Origin: the human T2T-CHM13v2.0 reference genome, Homo sapiens
Length of the DNA: 64,000 nucleotides
Assembly (NCBI RefSeq): GCF_009914755.1
Contig: NC_060929.1
Direction: 5' to 3' (one strand)
The translations under genes and the position numbers were made by a program. Shown one piece after another: positions 44,501 to 58,183 of the stretch (position 1 is the stretch's first letter; every line of letters starts with the position of its first letter). Under the pieces are notes generated by a model. It did not search any database and was not told the DNA's origin. It saw nothing but the letters and a program-made list of their open reading frames with translations.

Positions 44501-44843
44501 TGAACTCTTGACCCCGGGGGAGGGGAAGCGGGAGCAGTGGGAAGGGGGGCTACTGTTTGGCTCCTGAGCCTGTGAACCTCCTGCCCCCAGGCAGGCCTCT
44601 CTGATCCGCCCTCTTCAAAGGCAGGGTAGGGGGCAGGACAAAGGGCCCAACTTTAATGAGGGGCGGCTTGACCTCCGTTATGGGTCCCCCCTTTGTCATG
44701 CAACTGGCTCTGCCTTGGCTCGGTAGTGACTCCTGTTGGCCGGAAAGTGAACACGACGTTCCATTGTCCGGACTGTGTCCGGCCTGTCCTGACAAAGGCC
44801 ACCTAGCCTTGGGGGCGGGAAGCTGGCCTGCCCACCCTTTGAT
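44501..44843. promoter_or_regulatory. CDX1: CDX1 intron-1 candidate enhancer (DR2 RARE plus TCF/LEF cluster)
   Basis: TGAACT-CT-TGACCC at 44501-44514 (GGGTCA-ag-AGTTCA, DR2), TTCAAAG 44614-44620, CTTTGAT 44837-44843, further CTTTGT/ACAAAG words, and TTTAATGAG at ~44652. Confidence 0.65.
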
Positions 44844-46544
44844 GTCCAGCCCCTCCTCCCCTTACCCCAGCTGCGAATAATCCTGGGACTTCTCCCACCT
44901 CCTCGCACTCTTCACCCCCATCTCCCCACACACACCCAGCTTGCCTCGGGGCAGATGCTGGGTTGGCCTTGATCAGGAGCTACGGGTTCTGGCCATAATC
45001 ATATCCCCTTTTTGGAAGTCCCGGGGATACATAACCTCCTATCTGCCTCCAGGGAGATGCAGGGAACCAGACTCTGCCACTTGCTTCTGTGGCCTTGATT
45101 AAATAACAGCTAATGTTTTGGAACACTTAACTAACGGACCAGGCATGACCTAAGTAAGATCTTGCATGCATTAACTCCTTTAACTCTTAAAACATCATCG
45201 TAGGTACTATTATCACCCCCATTTTAAGATGAAGAAACTATGGCATAGAGAGTTTAAGTACTTGCCCAAGGCCATATAACCTGTAACTAGTGGGGCTGGG
45301 ATTTGAACCCAGGTGGACTAACCACTAAGTCTGTGCTCTAATTCTCTACACAACAGCTCCTCTTAAATCAGTCATCTTTTCTGGGTTTCAGTTCTACTGT
45401 CTGTGAAATTAGAGAGAAGGGAGATTATGCAGTGGTTTGTACCCTTGTTTAAGTTACAAAAGGACTCCTTTGAAAAATCTGCTGAAAGGTACAAATGTTG
45501 CATCATTGGGCAATTTCAGGGGTTCTGGAGGCTACCAGAAGCTTTATCCATAAATCCGGGGTTAAGAACCCTGTGTTCTATGAGAGGAGGTGGTGGCAGC
45601 ACCAGTGCTCAGGATCCTGCAGTTCCCAGTCTGTGAGGCTCTGGAGAAGGAAGCCTGTGTTTCCTGCTCCTGTGTTCCACTTTCTGCTTCCTGCTCATGG
45701 GGTGACTTTGGAGATGAATGGGGAGGTTCCCTATGGGTAGGGACTTGGAGAGAGGCCATCACTGTGTAAGGGAAAAGGAGTGTGTCAGTGGGGGTCAGGG
45801 GACTGGGTATCCTGGAGGAGTTTCCAGGAGCTTCCATACAAATCACCTCGTGTCTCTGGGCACAAGAGCTGCTGAACCTGGCTCATCCTCTGGTCTCAAA
45901 AGTCGCTTGAAAACTGTTGTCTGCAGGCAGATGAGTCTACCCCAGGCAAAAAAGCATTTCCCCCTCCTTGCTCTCCGAGAGTAGAGGGAAAGGCAGAAGG
46001 AGGTCTGGGGGTTCCCAAGGCTCCAGGAAAGGGACTTCCCTGGAGCCAGGTTAGCCCTCTTCTGCAGAGGATGCAGGAACCCTGACCTTCTTGAAGCCAG
46101 AAGGTGCTGCCTGTCTTCCCAGGGCATCTGACTGTCTATTCAGTGCTCCTGAAGTGGGGGCAGAATTGGGTTGGCACTGTTGACTCTCCCTGAGAGAGAG
46201 GCCAAGCCCCTCCTGTCTTTGGCCTCAGTTTCTCCTTCTGGGCAATGAAGGCATAGGGTTTCCAGGGGTGCTTCCTGTGCAATGCTGCTGTCCAGGACAG
46301 CTGAAGGAGGATCAGTGCATGCCACTGCCCTCCTAATCCCCACTGGCACTGGCCACCAGGTCTTCAGCCTGCCACCAATCCTGGCTAGCCCCCTTTTGCC
46401 CCACTTCTGAGCCTCCAGCATTCGAGAGTGGACAAACTGGACAGTTAGAGACCACACATGTAGACGAGGGAACCAAGGTACAGAGACTGTGAAGAATGTT
46501 CCAGTTTCACACAAGCGGGGCTGAGCTGGGCTAGATGTCAGAAG

Positions 46545-47085
46545 AATTGGTTTAGAATTTTCCTATGGTTTCCCATCATATGTAGGATAAACCCCACATT
46601 CCTTCCTGAGGTCTACAAGACTACAGCATTTGCACCTGCCTGCCTCCCTGACCTCATCCCCAGCTGCTCTCACCTTGGCTTCCAAGCTCTAGCCATTCCA
46701 GACTTCTTTTAGTTCCTCAGACCTGCCAAGTCCTACTGCAGATCTTGTGCACATGCTGTTCTCTCTTCCAGGAAAGCTCTTTCCCCTGATTCTTTGCAAG
46801 AGTGGAACCTTCTTACCCTTCAGATCTTAGTTTCATCGTCACCTCCTCTGTGAAGCCCTCCATCATTTCCCAAAGTGGACTCCCCACTACACCCATCACG
46901 AATCTTTGCTGTGTTTCCTTCAGAGCACTAATTCCAATCTACTCACTTCCTTACACTTGTTTGTATGTTGTCCATTCCCGTGAGGTCCAGAACTATGTCT
47001 GCTTAATCCACTACTGCATCCTGGCACCCAGCTCAGTGCATGGCATTTAGTAGGTGCTCAATATATTTTGTTGAGTGAATGAACA
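46545..47085 (-). mobile_element. L2 3' fragment
   Basis: Ends gcatttagtaggtgctcaatatattttgttgagtgaatgaa; internal gtcacctcctctgtgaagccctcc. Confidence 0.65.
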
Positions 47086-47939
47086 GGGCAAGTGTGAGGG
47101 ACAAAAGGCATCTCTGGGGAACAGGGGAGTGGGTGAGATCTTGGCTTTCACACAGGTTTCTGAGGTCCCAGCCCTAGGATTGGGACCTGTGACTGTCAAG
47201 CCAAGCAGTTCAGGTCAATGGAAACCTGGCTGCCTCTGTCTCTCCACTTGGATGGTACCCCAACTCACCTGGGGAAGTGGGGTTGCTGAGGCTGGGACTA
47301 AGACTTCAGTTTCTTCTAAGGAGGGGGCAGTGACAATGGGAAAGATGAGAGAGAGGCTGTTGGGCTTCAATCAGTCTCCGATTCCAAAAGACAATATTAA
47401 TCAGTTATGAGTGATCAGCATCATTTGACTGAGGCCAGGATAGGAAATGACTACAAGACGTTCTTTTTTTTTCCTTTTCTCTTTGCATTTTCATGAGGAG
47501 GGTTTTAAATATCATCATTTTCATTAGGATGGTTACGCATCATCCTTCCGTGGAAGGCTCAGCCTCCAATTCCTTTGAATAAAGCTGCTCCACAGGTTAA
47601 TGGCCCATTGGGGTGGCTGAGGTCTCAGGACTGGGGAGATGTTCACGTGGATGAGACTGTGGGAGCAAGGTTTAGATCTTGGTCCAACCCTGTCAACTTT
47701 CAGATGGGGAAACTGAGGCCCATGAAGGATATGAATCCTCCCCTCCCCCCACATTGCAGGTCCTCTCCCTTGGCCCATTGCCACAGCCACCAACCTGCTG
47801 TCTCACCTTCAGCCTTTCTGTACTGCTCCAGCTATCTTCTAAAACCATTGCCATATTTACCTTCTCAAGGCACATGCCCTGCTCAAGAGCATTCTGTGGC
47901 TCCCTACTGACATGGAATTGCCATTTCATTTTATGCCAT

Positions 47940-48239
47940 TTCTTTTTTCTTTTTTTTGAGACAGAATCTTGCTATGTCACCCACGCTGGAGTACAGTGGT
48001 GCGATCTCGGCTCACTGCAAGCTCCGCCTCCCAGGTTCACGCCATTCTGCTGCCTCAGCTTCCCCAGCAGCTGGGACTACAAGCGCACGCTGCCATGCCC
48101 GGCTAATTTTTTTGTATTTTTAGTAGAGACGGGGTTTCACCGTGTTAGCCAGGATGGTCTCGATCTCCTGACCTCGTGATCCGCCCGCCTCGGCCTCCCC
48201 AAGTGCTGGGATTACAGGCGTGAGCCACCGTGTCTGGCC
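47940..48239 (-). mobile_element. AluY-like element in CDX1 intron 1
   Basis: Diagnostic gcaagctccgcctcccaggttcacgccattc and accgtgttagccaggatggtctcgatctcctgacctcgtgatcc; TSD TTTTATGCCATTTCTTT. Confidence 0.95.
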
Positions 48240-51110
48240 TTTTATGCCATTTCTTTGTTGTAAAATCCAGCTCCATTTCTATGGCAATCAGAGCCTTCTT
48301 GAGAACTGGCCTCAACCATCTATTGAAGCCATTCTCCTGCTACTTTGCCTAGATAAGGCAAGTTAAGAGCCAGGGCTTGGGAGTCTCAGAGCTGGGATTG
48401 CATTTCCATAAGAAGCTGTATAGCTTCGGACAAGTTAATTTGGATCATTTCTCGGAGCCTGGGCTGCTTCTGCTGTAACAGGATAATAATAGGATTGCAT
48501 CTCAGAAGAGATGCCTGTAAAGCACCGCCCTGCCGCTGGCACACAGTAGGTGCTTAGGGCATCGGTGCCTGTGACCACCTCTACCAGTCCTCAGCAGGTG
48601 CACTGGAGCACACACCTCACACTCCCAGCCTCTCTAGTCTGGTCCCTCGGCCTGCATTGCCCTCCCTTCCCTCTCCTGCATCTTCACCAGCTCAAATGCT
48701 GCTCCTTCTCCGAGGCTGTCTCCTGTAGGAAGCCCTCCCTGATTCCTCCTCCCAAGCACTGTATCAGGCCCTTGTTTTCATGACACTTACCACTGCCTGT
48801 CTACTTTCATTGTCTTGTTTATCCCTGCCACTGACCATCTGTAGTCCCTCAACGACCAGTCCTAATCAGTCCCATCCTCACCCTGTCTTGCACATAGTAA
48901 GAGCTCGTGATAAAGCAAATAACTGTGGCATTGGCTAAATCTTTACTGTGTGCCAGGCACTGTGCCAATAACTTTGCATGGGTGATCTCACTTAAGTCTC
49001 ATGATAGCCCTGAGTGGTGTAAGGATCTAGTATACTCATTTTATAGATCAGGATAATGAGGCTCAGAGAGGGTAAGGTGGCCTGCCCAAGCTCATACAGC
49101 TAGGACATGGCAGCACAGTGTTTACACCCAGTCTACAGCCCAGCAATCGTCTGTGAAATAAAGACACACTCACGAAGGGGAGCCTGAGACCCCCCCTTCC
49201 CCATGGGCATCCCAGCCAGGTTGGGGGGAAAGGAGGCCAGGCAGGGGATGTACTGTAAGAGGCTGGGGGAGGAGGGGGCCCAGCAGGGGCCTGGCTGTTT
49301 AGAACCGATTCTCCAGGCAGAAGCTACATTTGACACCTCATCGCTCAGATATAGCTGGGAAAGGGAATGACCCAGTTAGAAGGTGGCAGAAGGCTTTTTT
49401 TTGGTTGGGTGTTTTCTCCCTGCTGCTTTGGCAGATATTGCTGCTCAGAGCTTGGGGAATCATTGTGAAGGTCCAAAATGGTTTGTTAGCAGCAGGGTCT
49501 GGTGTGTCCATAGGAAGTTATCTTAATGGGCCGGCCTCTCAGGTTTTTGTGTTGGAGCTCCTGGGATATGGAAACAACATTCACATCTGGAGTCAAGGCC
49601 GTCACCATGTTAGCATGCCAGACCCTCCCCATGCCACGCTCACCCCTCAGGCTTGTGGGGGCACCCCACATGGATCCCCCCCATCAACAGAAAGAGGGAG
49701 CAAGCTAGGCTCCACACCCTCCCATGGCTTCCTTTTGTTTTTGAAACCAAATCCATATCCCTCTCCTACAGAATCTGCTGGCCTCTCCAGCCCCATCTTG
49801 TGCCTCTCTCATTCATTCATTCATTCAAGCAGGCAAGCAGTAATATTCTCTGAGTGAGTGTCTTCTGTCCTGAACTTGCTCCTAGGCATTGGAGATGATG
49901 GCCTGAACAAGGCAGACGGGTCCACCTGCATGCAGAGAGCTGCCCTCTCTGCCCTCACTCTGCTCCTCCCTGCCTGGGGGCCTTTGTACCTACTGCTCAC
50001 TCTCCCTGGAATGTCTTTCCCTGTTCATGACATGGAAGCCTCCTTCTCAACCTCAGGTCTTGGCTTAAATGTGGCCTGTTCCTGGAGACCTCCCCCAGCT
50101 AAGTAAAGTAGCGTTCTTCCCCTCACCTCACCAGTCGGTTTAGCTCATTGCTCACTTTCCTTCCTGCTGCTAATCCCAGTTTGTCATTATTTCATTTGTT
50201 TGTTTTTAATCTACCTCCCCTGCCATGAAGGAGATAATGAACTATTTATCAAATAAGTACTAAGCAGTTATTATGGTAATCATAATGCGAACCAGCATCT
50301 ATTGGGTGCTCAGTGTGTTCAGCATTTTTTCAAATGCAAGATTTCTGTCCCCGGAACAGCACATTTCTTCTCCATCAAATGAGTGGCTGGACTAAGCTTT
50401 AGGAGCAATGGAGATGGACAGAAGGCTGTGCTTTGGAGGCTGAGCCACCAGCTGCTGGAGTGGACTTGGGGAGCAAGGGAGACAGGACTGAGAGGTGCCA
50501 CCTTGGCTTTTGATCTGAATGGCTGGAGGATGGAGGTGCTGTTTATTGAGTTAAAGAAGCAGAGGAAGTAGCAGGTTTGTTTTATGTATTCACCAAGGAT
50601 TCATCAAGTACTCACTGTGTGTGTCAGGCACGTGATAGGTGCTGGTGAGCTAAATGGCATGGCCCTACCCTCAAAGAGCATTCAGGGAGCCAAGGCCTAA
50701 GGGGAGGGTCTTCACCAAGGTCACACAGCCAGCTAGGGGTAGGAAGGGGCTGGAGGCAGAGCCCCTCACTGCAGCCCCACCTCGAACATGAGACTTCGGG
50801 AGCCACACCTACAGTGGAGTAGCAAGGGCTTCACTCTCAGACTAGTCTAGTGGAAGATGGCCAGGGGGGCAGTGGCCTGGAAACTCCACCAGGAAACAGT
50901 TCAGAGAGGCCTCAAGTTCTTCGGCCTCAGAGAAGACCTGAAGGGATGCAGTTGCTGTTTGTAAATCTTAAATGGCTGTCTTGGGCTCAGGGTGCCCCTG
51001 TGGAAAAACTCAGGAAGGATATAAATGGGTGGCAGATGCAAGAACTGGCTGCTTTGCAGCTAGTAGGCGTGTGCTGCAGTGTGGGCGTCCGGACCCTGGT
51101 AGGAGTTTGA

Positions 51111-51298
51111 TCTAGCAGCGTTTGTCCAGTAGGACTTTCCGCCAGGATGGAAATGCTCTGTATCTGTGCTGTCCAGTAGGCAGCCACCAGCTGCACATGG
51201 CTGTTGAACACTTGAAATACAGCTAGTGTGACTGAGAAACAGAATTTTATATTTTATTTAATTAATGTGGCTAGTTGCTGTCATATTGGACAGTGCAG
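51111..51298. mobile_element. MER3-like hAT-Charlie element
   Basis: gcgtttgtccagtaggactttc...cacatggctgttgaacacttgaaat...atattggacagtgcag; ends are imperfect inverted repeats. Confidence 0.7.
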
Positions 51299-51365
51299 AA
51301 AAATCTCTCTCAAGAGTTCCCAGAATGGAAATCCATTCTGCATAAGCTCCTTGTTCTTGCATTGA

Positions 51366-51763
<398 letters not shown>

Positions 51764-54422
51764 TAGGTTATTACTTTGGTCTCCATAACTACCATATAAA
51801 GAAAGTATTCATGTCTTCATTTTAAAGATAAATAAACTGAAACTCAAAGAGGTCCAGCAACTTGCCTGGGGACATACCACTGGCACATGGCCAGTCTGGG
51901 GGAGAGCCACCGGTCTCTGTCTGACTCTAAAGTCCCTTCCTCTTTGTTACCTCCCAAAGCTGGGTCAGATTGTGGACCTTGATGAAGAAGATAGGGCAGC
52001 AGATGATGCAAAGGTGGCCCTGGAGGAGGAGGGTGCAGAGATGATGAAGAACTCTAACTAGGAAGGAGGGTGACAGTGGGGAGGAGAATCTGGCTAAGGC
52101 TGTAGGACTCCCAAAATGGCTGGCCTGGCCATTGTCCCCCTTTCCCCGCTCCCATGCCAGCTTCATCCCTGCTCAGGGCTTGAGTGAGGAACCATGATAT
52201 TAGCAGCCGGGGACTGCCAGATCAGCCAAGACAAGGACCCAACTGTGGGTCAGGCAGAAAGCCTGATGTCCCAGGAAGGGTATCCATCCATTGTAGAGCT
52301 GGTGAGGTTAGGGCACAGTGGAGAGCCCTCCCCCTGGTGGTACAGATGGGGAAACAGGCCCAAATAAGGGATCACATGTCCAGCTGGTGGGCCGGCCAGA
52401 TCTCCCCACTCCCAGGTCAGTGTGTTCTTGGCCCTATGGCTCCCCATTAGGCGACATTCCTCTCTCTCACGAGGGACTCCACCAACATGCTCACTTCTGC
52501 AAATAGCTGTTTTCTCCTTTTTGTCTCCATAGCTTTTTACCCTTTCCAGACTGCTCTCACAGCCATTCTGTTCCCCAGGCAGGGGAAGGAAAGCCCAGGG
52601 AAATTCAGTCACTTGTCAAGTCCTTCAACTAAGATGACCAGGCTGGACCACAGTCCAGGTCTCTGCCACCAGGCAAGGTCTAGAAGCTCGCCCCAAACAC
52701 CCAGCCTTTCCCAAACCTCAGTAGAGTGTGACGCTGCTACAATTTAGGCCCCTCACCAGAAGTGCCACCACCTCTGAGCTGGCCCACAGCCTGCCACCCT
52801 TGCAGCGCTCCTACAAGTATTATCTGGGGTGAGATCAGTCCTCCTGAGCCCCTCTTTCCCACCCTTTCCTTTGCCTATTGGCCTTGCAGTCATCCACAGC
52901 AAGTGACCTATAAGCTCTCTGGACTTGCTTCCTTATCTTGGAAAAGGGGGCTCTTTGCAGTAGCATTCTATGGCTACCCTATTCCCACCTCCCCTGAGCC
53001 CCCTCCTGCCAAAAGCCCTATGCCCTTCGTTTGTCATTCCTAGGCTGGCATCACAGACACGGGTGAGCTCCCCATCGCCTGTTGCTGCATGCAGTGTGGG
53101 TCTCTGAGGGACTTGGCTGGAGGGCGTGTGGGGCAGGTGCTCCCTGTGGGGGTTGCCTGGGGTGGCAGGCAGCAAGGTGGCAGGGGGGGCCAGGAGGTCT
53201 GATCTTTAAGGGAAGGCTCAAAGCTGCACAAAGGGCTCAAAACTGCAGAGTCTCGAGGGCACTTGGACTGGTGCACAGGCTAAACCAATGCCCAGAGGAG
53301 AGGAGGAACTAATTCTAGGCCACACAGATGGCATGGAACTGGGACCAGGACCCACTGACTTTAGCTGGTGGTTTAGAATCCACAGGGGCCTCGTTAAAGA
53401 TGACAGAGAAATTAGGATGTGGTAGATCTGGAGTGGGGCCTGGGAATCTGCATTTTCAGCAAGCCCTTGTGTGTACAGACGTGCATGCCTGTTTGCATGT
53501 GTGTGTTGGGGTTAGGATCTTGAAGCACAGCCAGCTGGGGCTGGACCACCCAGGGAGGAGTCACAAAGGTTTTCAGAGCTGGATTTGTGGTCCAGGCCTG
53601 GGGGGGCCAAAGCTGGTCATCCACCAGGGCCACACACCCGGCAGGAAGAGGGCAAAGGAAGTGCTGACCTAGGGGCCATTTGATTGTGCTGGAGCAGAGG
53701 CCACACTCTGTCCTTGCCTGGCCCAGGCTGGATGGGGAGCCCCCACTGCAGGCCACTGTGGCTCCTGTCCCCATCCTCCCCCCGGGCAGGCCCAGTGTCT
53801 AGACTCTCAGACTGAAATTGGTCTTAGAATTCTTTCAGCTACAATAACAAACACAATCAGAGAATCAACAAACATTGGGAGGTTCACGTTTCCAAGTTGG
53901 AAGGGACCTTATAAGTAAACGGTCATTTCTAGCAGACCGCCCATTGCACAGATCCATTCCCTGGCATTCCTGCCAGATGGTCATCCCACAACTGTTGGAA
54001 ATGAGTAAGATCTGCCCTTCCCCATGCACCTCCTGCATGCTAGACATTGTCCATCTATCTCAAGTGAGCCCCTGTATGCCGCAGGGTTGGAGAGAACTAC
54101 AAGAAACCTTGTACCATTTGATTGATAGGTTCTACTGCTGTTTCTGAGGCCAGATAGACCTGGTTTTGAATCCCACCTGCCTGATGCGTGGTCCTCTCTG
54201 ACCCTGAGTTTTCTCATCTGTAAAATAGAGTGATAGTTGCCCAACTCCACGGGTCATTGAGAGATGTATACAAAGGGCCCAGCACATGGATGTGTTGGCT
54301 ATTATTAGAATATTAATTTTCCCCATTTTACAAATACAGAAAATGAGGCTCAGAGAGGTGGGGAGACTGTCCTAGGTTACCCAGCCAGTGAGCAGCTGCA
54401 CTCCACAACCCCAGAGGTTTAG

Positions 54423-56008
54423 TTTTAATGACATCCAGGAGCTCTGGGCTGGAACTCCTGACTGCCCCGAGACACCTCTGGAGTCACAGAGTGTACCTCT
54501 GTTGGGCTCCACAGCCCCTCTCCAGAGCCCAGAGAAGGGTGACAAGGTCTGTGGGCCAGGTCTTCACCGGCAGCCTTGCCAGGACAGAGAGGAGTAATTA
54601 TGGAGCTAAAGCCCAACCAACCACACGTTAGGGTCACCTGGAAAACTATTCAAGTACCAAATTTTGAGACCCATTCTAGCGCCACTAAATTTGAATTTCT
54701 GGGGCCAGAATCTGCACTGTGAAAAAGCTTCCCAGGCAGTTCCAAGGCTGCTGGTCAGGCACTGGGAGCCATTGGCCTGTACCGTGCATGCATTAGGGGA
54801 CGGGAGTTTGCTACCTCTCATGGTGGCCTAATCCACATGGATGGGACATTCTGCGCATCCCAAAACTGGAGAGAGAAAGCCTCCCATTTCGGTGAGTTAC
54901 CCAAGGCTCTTCCCCTCTGTGCTCACCCCTGAAGAGCTGAGGGGGCTCCCCATTCTCCCTCCCACCCATTCACACTGGCATCTGGCCCAGAGGATTACTT
55001 ATTAGGTGGCTGGGAGTGGCCCGCCCCTCAGCAGACACCTGTTATAGGAGCCTGGACTTCCCCCTTAGCTCCAGCGTCCCAGGGGCCTGTAAATAATTCA
55101 TCCCCAGCCCTCTCCCCACCCCACTGCTCTCACACACCTCCCTGCCTGCTCCTTCCCAGGCTCCAGAGGTATCTTGGGGCAGTTGGGAGTTCCAGCCCAG
55201 AGCTGGGACTGGAGCCCAGGGCTCCTGGGGCTGTCATTAAAAATACAAATTAACACATACACTTGATAAAGATTTAAAAAACCCAAAGTCTCCCTCCTAC
55301 CTGTGGCTTTCCAACCTCCAGTGCCCTCTCCAGAGGCAGCCCCTATTACTGGCTTCTTGTATATTCTTTCAGAAAGAACTATGTTTGGGTATGTGTGTGT
55401 CTCCCCCATTTTTATACACAAATGGTAACATACTATTTACACTATTCTGTCTTGCTTTTTTTTTCACACGTCTTAGAAATTGTTCCATACTGGGACATAT
55501 GGGGTTTTGAAATTTCTTTTTAATGACTGCATAATGCTCCTCTCCACGAATGCACCATCCCTTCTCTCACCAGCTCCCTGCTTGTACACGTGTACATTGT
55601 TTTTTGTCTTGTGTTATCAGAAACAGATGGAGCTTTGGGCAGCTCTTGGTCGGATCAGTTACTGGAAGTGGGATTCTTCGGTCAAAGGGTATGTGCCTGT
55701 TAAATGAGGCTAGATATCGCCAAGTTGGGCGCTAAGGAGGATGTTTCAGTTCTCACTCCTGGAACAGCATATGGGATTCCCTGGTTTCTGAGCCACACGG
55801 TGTGATAGCAAACATTTTGTTCTTTGGCAGAGCCATTTTCTTGCACGAAAATTGTGTGTTTCAAGCAGCTCCACCAGAGAGAAGTTGGCCAATGGGTTCC
55901 TGAGCCCACCAGCTCCTCTCCAGAGCCCAGAGAGGAGTGACAAGGCCTGTGGGCCAGGTCTTCACTGGCAGCCTTGCCAGGAGAGAGAGGAGTAATTGTG
56001 CAGCTAAA
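54423..56008. repeat. Local duplication with partial inversion (A 54423-54483 / A' 55161-55242 inverted; B 54517-54610 / B' 55915-56008 direct)
   Basis: Aligned by eye at nucleotide level; also visible in the ORF track (LWAGTPDCPETPLE vs LWAGTPNCPKIPLE; GKAAGEDLAHRPCH vs GKAASEDLAHRPCH). Confidence 0.9.
55243..55780 (-). mobile_element. Ancient L1 (L1ME-like) fragment
   Basis: ccagaggcagcccctattactggcttcttgtatattctttcagaa and atacacaaatggtaacatactatttacactattctgtcttgctttttttt are typical antisense L1M words. Confidence 0.65.
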
Positions 56009-57868
56009 CCCTATCTCCATCTGGTCTCACTCCTGACCCCCTCCCTTGTGGAAGAGCTGGGCCTGAGGTCAGAAACCTGAGTCCTGGTTCATACCATGAC
56101 CAGTCAGGACAGCCCTCTGCAAGTGCCCTTTCTGAGCCCATTTCCCCCCACCTATGAAATGGCTCTCATGGGTCTGGGCTTGCTCGTCAGAAGAGGCAGG
56201 AGTGGGTGCTAGGACTCTAAGGAAAAAGCACCTTCAGGACCACTGCCTGTCATCCCTAGGCGAAGGTCTGGGTGGGCAGGGAGCCTCATGCCCTACCTCA
56301 GGCCTGTCCTCCTGGGGGTGGCTGTGAGTCCTCTGGGCATTTTAAGGGCCCCCAGCCTGGGGCTCTCAGTAGCCTTCCCTCACCATGGTCTGGGCTCTCC
56401 TTTCCCAGAAGTAGCAATGGAGGGGTGGTCTGCTATTTAAGCTTCTGTTACCAACACTTTGGGGGCTCCATGGCAGGCTCAGTGGGCCCTAAATTTGGCA
56501 GCATGCGGAATTGTACCCTGGAGAGGCAGCAAGAGCTCTAGGGCATGGGGCATGGCCTTGGGCAGGCCCGTGCCTGCCTGGGCCTCAGTGACCCTGACTA
56601 CACAGGGAGGTAGGACTGGAAGGGCTCACCAGGCCTCTTCTTTGGCCCTCCAGCTGCCATGCAACCATTGTGAACCCCGATCTCTTCCTCAGTAAAGTGC
56701 GAGGAGACTAAACTCTCACAACCGCTTCCAGCTTTAGCCCAGTGAACCCAATGGGTCTGTGGATTCAGAGCCATGTTGGCCTCCAGTGCTGGTGGCATTA
56801 GGCAGAACTGTTTTTGAGCCGGCGTTGCATTTTCTAGGCCAAGGAGGGGCCCAATCTGGAGCCAAGGCCTGGGCAGCCACTCCCTTATCCCTTTCCTGGG
56901 GCCAAACCTGGCTGAAGTCCGAGGCTATCCCGTGCTATGCTGGGCAGCGGACTGAGGTCAGTGGACATGGAAGCGTCCAGTGTGGTTCCTCTGCTCTGGC
57001 AGGAAACCCAGGGAAAAGCTGCCCAGGAACATCTGCTGCCTCCCATTCTCCACAAAGCCATTTGGCTCACGGAGAGCCCAGTGGCTGTCCTGCCAAGCTG
57101 CGTGGGCTTGGTGGAGGGGGACAGGCGTCAGAATGGGGGCGGGTGAGTGGTTAGTACAGGGGTGCTGAGGGACAGGCAGGGCCAGGGCTGAAACCCAAGA
57201 AGATGAAGGCTGGGCTGTGGTGGGGACACTTGCGAGAGGCGGGAGGGGTTGATGGTCTTTCAGAGACCCGCCATGCCCTGGTGGGAGCGTGTGCGGGTCT
57301 GGAAGTGCTTGCGTGCGCCTCCTATTTATAGCCACGTGCTCAGCTTCTTATAAAGGAAACTGGTGCTTAGCCAGGCCCCACACAAGCCCAGGCCAAGCAT
57401 GACTCTTAGTATTCTCTCCAGACAGACCTCTGATCCCAGTCCCAAAGAAAGTCCTGACATTAACCTCAGCTGGTCCTCAAATCCAGCTCTGGGCCCCAGG
57501 CTGAGCCTCATAAAGAAGCCAAGGCACCGCCCTCTCTCCTGGGTTACGGCAGCTCTCCCTGCACTTCCCCTTCCTCTTGCAAATCTGTTCTCCATGCAGT
57601 AGCCAGAGTAATATTAAAACCTACATCAGACTTCATGTCTCCTCTGCTCAGAATCCTGCAATGGCTCCTGTCCCAGACAGAGGAAAACCCAGAGTCCCTC
57701 CCCTTGTCTCCTGTCCCGTCCCCCTTCTCACTGCACCTCAGCTCCACCAGCTTCCTCACAGCTCCTCACTGTCAGACAGCAGGCAGACAGCAGGCATGCC
57801 CCACCTCGGGGCCTTTGCACTTGCTGTTCCCTCTGCCTAGAAGCCTCTCCCCAGATGTCTGCATGACT

Positions 57869-58183
57869 CTTTTTTTTGTTTATTTTTCTTGAGACGGAGT
57901 CTCACTCGATCACCCAGGCTAGAATGCAGTGGTGTAATCCTGGCTCACCACAACCTCCACCTCCCAGGTTCAAGCAATTCTCCTGTTTTCCCGCCTCAGC
58001 CTCCTGGGTAGCTGGGATTACAGATGTATGCCACCACGCCCGGCTAATTTTTGTATTTTTTAGTAGAGATGAGGTTTCACCATGTTGGCCAGGCTGGTCT
58101 TGAACCCCTGACCTCACGTGATCCACCTCCCTCAGCCTCCCATAAAGTGCTGGGATTACAGGTGTGAGCCACCGCGCCTGGCC
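57869..58183 (-). mobile_element. Alu (AluS-like) inserted in an L2 fragment (~57560-58480)
   Basis: T-rich tail and dimer; TSD CATGACTCTTT; flanks read ggcctttgcacttgctgttccctctgcctagaa (L2). Confidence 0.92.
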
